A DNA stretch of 62,505 nt, counting the filler, from an uncultured Myxococcia bacterium (GTDB lineage: Bacteria > CAZTWC01): assembly GCA_964617105.1 (NCBI GenBank). It is 19 parts of 19 records of this genome, joined end to end, with 100 filler letters (N's around TTAATTAATTAA, not from the genome) between each part and the next. Parts side by side here need not be neighbours in the genome. Positions count along the whole stretch, not along the records: positions 10,176 to 13,451 come from CAZTWC010000367.1; positions 13,552 to 16,823 come from CAZTWC010000368.1; positions 16,924 to 20,188 come from CAZTWC010000369.1; 16 more parts are not named here. One strand, written 5' to 3'. A program made the translations under genes and the position numbers. Numbering within the stretch: position 1 is the first letter of the stretch; each line of letters opens with the position of its first letter. A model generated the notes under the pieces. That model was not told the origin of the DNA, ran no database searches, and worked only from the letters and a program-made list of their open reading frames with translations. Positions 10,176-17,649 of this stretch are shown one piece after another.

Positions 10176-11321
10176 TTCTTTTTAGCCCGTTATGCCAAAG
10201 GAACCTTTCCTGTAGCCTGGGTTACTAGCGGCGCCCCGGTTGAGTTATTACGGGTTTTCGACTGTTACACTATATATCCTGAAAACCATGGTGCTCTCTG
10301 CGGAGCCCAAAAAATCGGTGCCAAACTCTGCTCAATAGCTGAAGAGCATGGTTATCATCCCGATCTTTGCTCATACTCCCGTATCGATTTAGGTCACTAT
10401 TTTTCCGGTCAGACTCCGGCCGGGAAATTACCCAAACCAGATCTGCTTCTCTGCTCCAACAATATTTGCCAAACCATCGCCTACTGGTTCAAAGCCCTGG
10501 CCCATTACTGGGAAATCCCTCTGCTTATTTTCGATACTCCCTATAATTTCGGTGAGATAACCGCTGGTGATATAAATTACATGGTCCGCCAACTAGAGGC
10601 AATGATCCCCCAACTGGAAAAGATTACTGGCCGAAAATTTAATCATCAAAAATTCAAAAAGATAATCGGGATGGCCCGGGAGTCGTCCCAATTATGGGGA
10701 CAAATACTGGATACCATGAAAAATCGGCCAGCACCTATGACTATCTTCGATGCCTTTGTCCACCTGGCGCCCATTGTAGCCTTGAGAGGACTGCCAGTAT
10801 GTCTGGATTATTACCAGGGCTTGCTGTCAGAACTTCAGGATCGGGTGAATAAAAATATTGGCGCCCTGGCCAGCGAAAAAAAAAGACTGATCTGGGACAA
10901 CATAGCTATCTGGTATAAAATCAGGGACTTATCGGAACTTTTTGCCCAAAGAGGGTTCAACTTTGTAACTGCCACCTATACCAACGCCTGGAAAGAGACT
11001 GCAGGTTACCTGGATATGGAGCATCCCTTTGAATCCATGGCCAAAACCTACAGCCTGGTGATCCTTAACAACAATCTCAACCACCGGCTGCAACTAATGG
11101 AGAGACTGATTAAAGAATACCAGGTAGATGGGATGGTAATCCATTCAGCCAGAAGTTGTAAACCCTATTCTGTGGGCCAGTACGATCTGAAACGACTTTT
11201 GGCCCAACGCCTGGATTTGCCATCGGTAATAATAGAAGCAGATATAGCCGATGCCCGAGTCTATGCTGAAAAGCAGATCAATGTAAGATTGGAGGCTTTT
11301 TTCGAAAATTTGTATAATTAA
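10176..11321 (+). CDS. 2-hydroxyacyl-CoA dehydratase (HgdA/FldB/Bcr-like) subunit, 5'-partial
   Basis: Frame open from the contig start: VAWVTSGAPVELL...YPENHGALCG...DLCSY; C-terminal VDGMVIHSARSCKPYS...IEADIADAR...VRLEAFFE. Confidence 0.88.
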   Translation, partial: FFLARYAKGTFPVAWVTSGAPVELLRVFDCYTIYPENHGALCGAQKIGAKLCSIAEEHGYHPDLCSYSRIDLGHYFSGQTPAGKLPKPDLLLCSNNICQTIAYWFKALAHYWEIPLLIFDTPYNFGEITAGDINYMVRQLEAMIPQLEKITGRKFNHQKFKKIIGMARESSQLWGQILDTMKNRPAPMTIFDAFVHLAPIVALRGLPVCLDYYQGLLSELQDRVNKNIGALASEKKRLIWDNIAIWYKIRDLSELFAQRGFNFVTATYTNAWKETAGYLDMEHPFESMAKTYSLVILNNNLNHRLQLMERLIKEYQVDGMVIHSARSCKPYSVGQYDLKRLLAQRLDLPSVIIEADIADARVYAEKQINVRLEAFFENLYN

Positions 11322-11322
11322 A

Positions 11323-11350
11323 TTGCCAAGTTAAATTTCTATGTTAGCAT
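11323..11350 (+). promoter_or_regulatory. Candidate sigma70 promoter
   Basis: TTGCCA-16 nt-TAGCAT with extended -10 TG, upstream of the 11416 ORF. Confidence 0.35.
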
Positions 11351-11415
11351 AAACACTAAAATATTGTATAAATCATGACAACCAACCTATTAAGCAATTT
11401 AATTGTGTGGAGTAA

Positions 11416-12393
11416 ATGATGATCGGTAAAAAATTCGGACATGGGGTTCTTTTCTTTGATAACGATAAAAAACTTAGAAAAGAGGCGTTCAGGATTATCA
11501 GCAGCACTGGCGTACGTTGTCATATTCCCGATAATATGGAACAACTCAAAGAGGACTTTAATGCTGGCGATTGGTCATTGATCATTTTAGATTTCCCCAC
11601 GCATCGCGACCTTAATGAAAACAACTTTGATTTTGGCAATCAAAACGTGGTTATTCTCTCCAAAGAAAAACTAAAAACCATCTATTCCTACCTTCTCCAT
11701 CTACCCACGTTCAGCAATTTTGTGGCTAAAAACAAAGCCGGTGGTTTTGATGCTGACGACCTATTTATTACGGTGGTAAAACTTATACATAACAACTTTT
11801 TTGGTTTAAATAAATATTTGCGCTGGGGTTCATCCAATATGATCTTTCATGTGCGCGATTCGGCCCGGCGTAATGATTACCTGAATCTTATCGATGACTA
11901 CTGCAAAGATATGAAACTGCGGGTACCAATTGTAGATGCGGTGCACCTGTTTTGTGAAGAATTGTTGACCAATGCTCTTTACGATGCCCCCAGAGATAAA
12001 GAGGGCAACGAGCGATATATCACTACTCCCCGTTCAGAAAGAGTGGTGCTCAGTCCGGTAGAAGCAGCCCGTATAGAGGTGGCCTGCGATGGAAGACGTC
12101 TGGGAGTTTCAATTTCTGACCCCTTTGGCGGCCTTTCCAGGGACATTGTGCTCACCTATTTAACCCGTTGTTTCCAATCCACTGATGGCAGCAAATTTGG
12201 GCCGGAGCAAAAAGGGGGCGCCGGTTTGGGGCTTTATCTCTCTTTCAACTCGGTCAGCCAGATGATCATCAATGTTGATCCTCATATAAAAACCGAATTG
12301 ATCGGCTTAATCGACATCAACCTTTCGGTTAAAGAATTCAAAATCCAAAATAAATCATTTAACTTTTTCTGTAAAAACAGCAAAAACTTTTAA
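11416..12393 (+). CDS. Degenerate receiver-like domain fused to an RsbW/SpoIIAB-like HATPase domain
   Basis: EELLTNALYDAP (N-box), ISDPFGG, GGAGLGLY (G2); no His phospho-acceptor box; start may be 11419. Confidence 0.65.
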   Translation: MMIGKKFGHGVLFFDNDKKLRKEAFRIISSTGVRCHIPDNMEQLKEDFNAGDWSLIILDFPTHRDLNENNFDFGNQNVVILSKEKLKTIYSYLLHLPTFSNFVAKNKAGGFDADDLFITVVKLIHNNFFGLNKYLRWGSSNMIFHVRDSARRNDYLNLIDDYCKDMKLRVPIVDAVHLFCEELLTNALYDAPRDKEGNERYITTPRSERVVLSPVEAARIEVACDGRRLGVSISDPFGGLSRDIVLTYLTRCFQSTDGSKFGPEQKGGAGLGLYLSFNSVSQMIINVDPHIKTELIGLIDINLSVKEFKIQNKSFNFFCKNSKNF

Positions 12394-12507
12394 GAACGGA
12401 AAGAATTCCTGATATTTTAACCAGGTGCAACAACTCTGCTCTGGCTGGAAGCCGGATTTCAGCGGGTGAATGGCGGGTTGAATTTACTTGAGGAAGACCA
12501 GGGCGTT

Positions 12508-13451
12508 CTACAACTCATCGGCAATACGGGATATTTTCCCCCGGTAATTGTAACGCAAAGTTATCTGGGCAATATAAGGGCCCCTTCCTTTGTAGGTTTC
12601 CTTAATTAAGGAGAGAGCATTGCTCTTAAAAGAGACATATTTGTTGTCTATCTGATGGGTACAACCAGCAATAATTCCCTTGGCAGAATCCTCAAACCTG
12701 CTCATCAAAGTTTTGGCGAAATGGCGATTGCCGTTCTGTACCTCGTCAATCAACGCAATCCCTTTACCGATGTTCATCCCCCTCAACAGAGCGGTGGTCC
12801 AACACTCCATAAAACTACTTTTTAGGTCTGCCGGTTCACCAAGGTGGTTACGGGTCATCCTTTCCGCTCGTTTTAGTTGCTGGGAGTAAGGCATCAGCCA
12901 GGGGGATATCTTCTCGCTGGCATCCCCTGGAACCAGGCCCACCTCGAAGTCGGAAGAAGAATACTCGGGCCGGATCAAGACAATGCTGTCTACACTGGGG
13001 GCCTGGATCAACACCTTTTCATAGATCTTATCAGCGCCGATTTTGTTATCCAAGCGGCTGTGGTTAAGGGTGTATAGATAAAGAGCAGTTGATATCATCA
13101 AACGGGTCTTGCCAGTACCTGGCCTTCCATCCAATACCAAAACATTGATCTCTGGGTCCAATACGTATTCTACTGCTAATATCTGCAAAGGATCACCGGG
13201 TTTAAATCCCATAATCTCTCTGGGCCCGTAATTCTGCAGACGTTCGCTCCAGGTGACCGCATATTTCAAATCAAGAACTTTGCCGCCCTGCCTGGGATCA
13301 TACTTGGTAACCACCTTGCGCTTGTTATCCATCTTGTCTATCAGGATTACCCCCTCATTCCAATAATGCTCCTTCTCTTGAAAACGTTGGGGCAGATCAG
13401 TTAAGGTGAGGAATCGCTCGTGGGGAGGTCCAGAAGCAAAAAGTAATTCCA
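12508..13451 (-). CDS. PhoH-family ATPase, divergent, 5'-partial
   Basis: Walker A GRPGTGKT, LIRP...GLVPGDASEKISPW, LRG, IDEVQN, QID; frame open to the contig end. Confidence 0.85.
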
Positions 13452-13551
13452 NNNNNNNNNNNNNNNNNNNNNNNNNNNNNNNNNNNNNNNNNNNNTTAAT
13501 TAATTAANNNNNNNNNNNNNNNNNNNNNNNNNNNNNNNNNNNNNNNNNNNN

Positions 13552-13720
13552 TTCTTAGAGCATCGTCTATGGCTTTGTCCCGGGCGGTAACTTTGTCTTT
13601 GTTGAAGATAACTGCCTGCCCCTCAACAGTAACCTGAGTTGCTTTTTCTGTTGCTATGCTAAGTGATAAAAAAACCAAAGAAACAAACAGCAATGTTGCC
13701 AAAAAAATATACTTTTTCAT
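13552..13720 (-). CDS. Exported protein with an FlgT-N-terminal-like domain, 3'-partial
   Basis: Signal peptide then VTVEGQAVI...ARDKAIDDALR. Confidence 0.55.
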
Positions 13721-13773
13721 AAAATATCCCCTTTTTACTTCCTAAAATCATTTCGGTCGCGAAATTTCAGACG

Positions 13774-14619
13774 TTAATTAGTAACAAAAATAACTTTCGC
13801 TTCCTTTAAAAATGTAGTGTCTAGATCAATTGCCTCTAGTTTTTTGGCATCTTCGCCTTTGATTACCAGGTCACTTTTACTGCCGTCGGCCAATTTAACC
13901 GCCTTTATGATCAAAGGTTTTTTACCGGTTATCTTTCTCTTCTTGGCAATTTTCAAGGTTTTGCAATAGGTAGATACGCCCTTACTCTCCAATATTGATG
14001 GTTCAACCATCTCCGCCCCATATATTTTTTTACCCTTTTGGTTCAGGATTTTGGGAGCCATGGCTGGAACCAGTCCCAATTTACTGGCTATAACGATTAG
14101 AGACGTATATTTAGTTTTGAGTTTTTCACCCTCTTTTTTGACAACTTTCTTTTCTTTCTTTTTGTTTTTGGGAAATAAAAGGGCTCTCAGTTGGGAAGTG
14201 ATTTCCATTTGTACCACAACATCCACGCCTCCATCTGAATAGTACCTGGTATCCACCACCTTGAAGTTACGGGCCATCCCCTGCACCTGGGCCGAAATAT
14301 CGTTTGACTGCCCCATACGGTCGGCAATAGAGGCGTTGGCAGTTATTTTCACCCCTTTTAAGGCCTCCAGAATATTTCGCAAAGCGTCTAATTTGGCGGC
14401 TCTCTCCGCGCCAATACGGGCTACGCTAACATTAGGCGCCTTTAAATCGGGCGCTCCGGTACCAGTAGCAACCACCACCTTCTCGGTCCAGTTTATCTGT
14501 CCGTGCCCTACTTTTTGAATAACATCAGTAGAATCTGAGGCCAGGGCAGAAAAGGTAAACAAAACTATTGAGAATAACAGACAGAAAATAGTTAGAACCT
14601 TGGATTTGAAATTATTCAT
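13774..14619 (-). CDS. Exported LPP20-like protein
   Basis: Signal peptide; INWTEKVVVATGTG...AERAAKLDALRNILE; C-terminal YTSLIV...PAMAPKI. Confidence 0.65.
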   Translation of the reverse strand: MNNFKSKVLTIFCLLFSIVLFTFSALASDSTDVIQKVGHGQINWTEKVVVATGTGAPDLKAPNVSVARIGAERAAKLDALRNILEALKGVKITANASIADRMGQSNDISAQVQGMARNFKVVDTRYYSDGGVDVVVQMEITSQLRALLFPKNKKKEKKVVKKEGEKLKTKYTSLIVIASKLGLVPAMAPKILNQKGKKIYGAEMVEPSILESKGVSTYCKTLKIAKKRKITGKKPLIIKAVKLADGSKSDLVIKGEDAKKLEAIDLDTTFLKEAKVIFVTN

Positions 14620-14665
14620 TATAAAAACTCCTTTATAGGGTAATTAATTCCAAAATAGGAACAGA

Positions 14666-14701
14666 TATGATTAAATAAATGATATAATCATATTATGATT
14701 A
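14666..14701. promoter_or_regulatory. Palindromic operator-like site
   Basis: Perfect TAATCATA-T-TATGATTA at 14685-14701 plus a third TATGATTA half-site at 14666-14673, in the intergenic gap. Confidence 0.5.
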
Positions 14702-14704
14702 GCC

Positions 14705-15592
14705 TTATTTGTCAATATACTTTGCCTTTTGTAGTTGATTCAACGCCTCCCAGGCCAATATCCTGGCTTGCTTTGAAGGGTGCCCGTTGGCTGTGGTAGA
14801 CAAAAAGGCTTCAGCCTCAATTCCACCAATAGCAGATATGGCAAAATAAATTTGACTCAGCCACATTATGCCTTTTTTATTGGTAAGTTTGATTAAAGAG
14901 GGAACAGCCTGTTCGTCTCCAATAGCAGATAGAGCACCAATAGTTGGAAGAGTAAACTCCTCCTTTTTAAGCAAGTTCAACATAATTTTAACCGCCCCTT
15001 TATCTTTTCTTTCTCCCAGGTACCTGATGGCCAGGATTACATCGTTCTTTACTTTTTCATCCTGGATTATCTCAATAAGTTTCTGGCTTTGAACATGGCT
15101 TAACTCTATTTGCCTACCCAACTCTTTCAGGTTTTTTTCCAGGTTTTGGGATAAAATAGTTTTCAAATCATCTTTCTTTAAATTGAACGTACTAAGAAAA
15201 GAGGTGGAAAATGATTCAAAACCAGAACTTCTGGACTTAATCTTTATCGTTCCAGCAATCAGGGTATCTTGGATGGAACTTTTTTTTGATTTTTTTGAAA
15301 GAGGTGGCAAAGCGGGAACTTTACCTTCAGTTATTTTTTGGCAATTAATTCGTAAGGTCAGATTGTATTTTCCATTCTTTTCATCCACCTGGAAGTAGTT
15401 ACTTTCCTCAATGGCCTGCCGAAGCCATTTTTTGGCTCTGTCCTGGTCAAAATCAAGCGCAGTTTTACCTAACTGGCGGTAGATAATAATGTTTTTGACA
15501 GTATTGCCAGAATATTTTTGTTTACATGATCCCAGGAGAGAGGCTATCATCAGACATAGTAAACAGAAACAAAACCGATTATTCCTCGTCAT
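14705..15592 (-). CDS. HEAT-repeat lipoprotein
   Basis: Likely start MTRNNRF (15592); lipobox LLGSC; HEAT-like repeats AIRYLGER, IGALSAIGDEQAVPSL, AISAIGG. Confidence 0.75.
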   Translation of the reverse strand: MTRNNRFCFCLLCLMIASLLGSCKQKYSGNTVKNIIIYRQLGKTALDFDQDRAKKWLRQAIEESNYFQVDEKNGKYNLTLRINCQKITEGKVPALPPLSKKSKKSSIQDTLIAGTIKIKSRSSGFESFSTSFLSTFNLKKDDLKTILSQNLEKNLKELGRQIELSHVQSQKLIEIIQDEKVKNDVILAIRYLGERKDKGAVKIMLNLLKKEEFTLPTIGALSAIGDEQAVPSLIKLTNKKGIMWLSQIYFAISAIGGIEAEAFLSTTANGHPSKQARILAWEALNQLQKAKYIDK

Positions 15593-15881
15593 CTTCAAAA
15601 CTATTCCGGTCTTCATCCATAAGCCAGTTATCTTCTTCTTCATCCTGAAAATCATCAGTGGCAAATTCATTTGATTCCAGTTGAATTTCCATTCTAAAAC
15701 GACCATGAATTTTGGTCATCACTTCCATCAGATCATCAAGAGCATTGGCCATATCCTCTACCTGAAAATCCCTGGCTTTGGCCTTACACTCAGGGCAGGT
15801 TATAGATTTAGATTTAGTTAACAGATCGATCTCTATTTCAAAGTCACAGTTGCAATTACGACATTCAAAGTTGAAAGTCAT
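15579..15881 (-). CDS. Small Zn-ribbon protein with acidic tail
   Basis: CRNC...CPEC; D/E-rich C-terminus; strong RBS AGGAGGAAGGGG. Confidence 0.75.
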   Translation of the reverse strand: MTFNFECRNCNCDFEIEIDLLTKSKSITCPECKAKARDFQVEDMANALDDLMEVMTKIHGRFRMEIQLESNEFATDDFQDEEEDNWLMDEDRNSFEDDEE

Positions 15882-16066
15882 TTCCCCCTTCCTCCTGGAG
15901 ATATTGTTCCCGTCTGAACCGGAACTGGTTTGTGTATGATACCAATCCGAAAACTCTCTGCAATTGCAATATTTCGCTTCGAAGTTAATTCTCGGACAGC
16001 ATTTCTATATAATGAAAAAACAATTATCGATTTTTATGCGCTTTTGTCAATAATAAAAACCGTTAA

Positions 16067-16095
16067 TTGACAGGTTCTTTTTCTCGTGATAGGCT
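16067..16095 (+). promoter_or_regulatory. sigma70 promoter for the PP2C gene
   Basis: TTGACA-17 nt-TAGGCT with extended -10 TG. Confidence 0.6.
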
Positions 16096-16129
16096 TTTTG
16101 CTTAATTTATACATTATAGGATAGTAAAA

Positions 16130-16823
16130 ATGAAAATACAATGGGCAGGCAAAACCCATGTGGGCAAAGAAAGATCCCACAACGAAGATAGTCTCCTGGC
16201 GCTGGAATCTGAGAATCTTTTTTTGGTAGCGGACGGCATGGGAGGTCATAATTCAGGTGAGATAGCCAGTAAAATCGCTATTGAAACTATCTCCAATTTT
16301 TACCGGGCCACTTCAGATGATGGAGAGATTACCTGGCCTTTTAAAATGGATAAAGAAAAAAATTACGATGAAAATCGCCTGATAACCGGCATAAAACTTT
16401 CGAATTTGAGAATTTTTGAAGCCGCCAGCCTGGAAAGCCAATACCAGGGGATGGGCACTACTATCGTTTGCTTTATTTACAACAATCAGGAAGCTTTTTT
16501 GGGATATGTGGGCGATAGCCGCATTTACCTGTTTCGTGATGGTGAATTGTCCCAGTTGACGGTAGATCATTCCCTGTTAAACGATTATCTCAAGACCAGA
16601 GATTTAACCCCTGAAGAGATTGAAAATTTCCCTCATAAAAATATTATCGTAAGGGCTCTGGGGATGAAGGAGATGGTAGAGGTAGATACTACCAAAATTA
16701 CCCCAAAACCAGATGATTATTTCTTACTTTGTTCTGATGGCCTGTCAGACATGATCAACAATGACAAGATCGCCAGTTTGATTCCAGACTTCCAAAATTT
16801 GGAACAGGGATGTGATATCCTGA
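16130..16823 (+). CDS. Stp1/IreP-family PP2C phosphatase, 3'-partial
   Basis: THVGKERSHNEDS, VADGMGGHNSGEIAS, GMGTT, VGDSRIY, DHSL, LLCSDGL. Confidence 0.93.
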
Positions 16824-16923
16824 NNNNNNNNNNNNNNNNNNNNNNNNNNNNNNNNNNNNNNNNNNNNTTAATTAATTAANNNNNNNNNNNNNNNNNNNNN
16901 NNNNNNNNNNNNNNNNNNNNNNN

Positions 16924-17102
16924 ACCTTTTCCAGACTCTCGTCCACAAAATGGAGTTGAAAATGTTTTTCCGGTAGAAAGGCGGCAACAGTAGCCAGGGC
17001 CAGGGGCATGGACCAACTTTTTTTAAAGCGTGTTCTTAGATAGTGAAAGGAGTAAAAAGAGTTTTGATCACATGGTTGAATCATCAACACTTTTTTGCGC
17101 AT
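16924..17102 (-). CDS. B12-binding radical SAM protein (HpnP/DUF4070-like N-terminus), 3'-partial
   Basis: KVLMIQP...SFYSF...MPLALATVAAFLP...FVDES matches the usual start of class B radical SAM enzymes; the CxxxCxxC motif lies beyond the contig end. Confidence 0.7.
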
Positions 17103-17134
17103 TTGGCACCCTATTGACAGAAGTTAACCAGGCC

Positions 17135-17170
17135 TTAACCCAGTGAAGCAGAGCTGTTTCACTGGGTTAA
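17135..17170. repeat. 36-nt palindromic element bounded by TTAA at both ends
   Basis: TTAACCCAGTGAA-GCAGAGCTGT-TTCACTGGGTTAA; perfect 13-bp stem, extendable inwards. Confidence 0.8.
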
Positions 17171-17305
17171 AATCCCGGGAATTCTTTTCATTTTTAAATT
17201 TAATTTGTCAATAATAGCGCATTAAAGTGGTTATTAGAAGGGAAAAAATATTGGCTCCTAAAGAGTTTGTCACCCAGTGGAGCCTGTCCAATGTCAACCT
17301 ACTCT

Positions 17306-17503
17306 CTACACTACCAGCCTGGTAGAAGATATAGAGCCCATGTTGCCCATGTCCCGCAAGGAGTCTTTCAAACTAGCGGTGAGGGTGATGGTGCTGCCAT
17401 CGCAACTGATGGTTTCGTAGCGGTTATGCATTCCCGGAACGGTCTGTTTGGCGGCGGTGGTGGAAAAACGGTAATTGCTGAATTTGGTGGATGTGCAGGT
17501 CAT
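17306..17503 (-). CDS. Small 65-aa Thr/Ser-rich protein of unknown function
   Basis: AAAGGAG RBS 8 nt before ATG 17503; gene-like codon use (many ACC/GCC/AGC); MTCTSTKFSNYRF...SSTRLVV. Confidence 0.7.
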   Translation of the reverse strand: MTCTSTKFSNYRFSTTAAKQTVPGMHNRYETISCDGSTITLTASLKDSLRDMGNMGSISSTRLVV

Positions 17504-17603
17504 GTCTAGTCTCCTTTGTAATCGTGTCAACTTGAGTATGAGTATGAACTTGAATTTTAACTTTAACTTTAACTATCAACTACCTTACTGCTTATCAATT
17601 TGT

Positions 17604-17631
17604 TGGTGAAGGCGGCTTTCCACCTTCACCA
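17604..17631 (-). terminator. Hairpin just downstream of flgE (terminator or mRNA-stabilising)
   Basis: TGGTGAAGGTGG-AAAG-CCGCCTTCACCA, 12-bp stem with one G:U pair; no clear U-tract. Confidence 0.55.
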
Positions 17632-17649
17632 GTTGGTCATCTTAAGTTA

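Noticed and set aside
17104-17118. sigma54-like TGGCAC-N4-TTGA site
   Set aside because: The -12 element is TTGA rather than TTGC, and it points away from the nearby gene.
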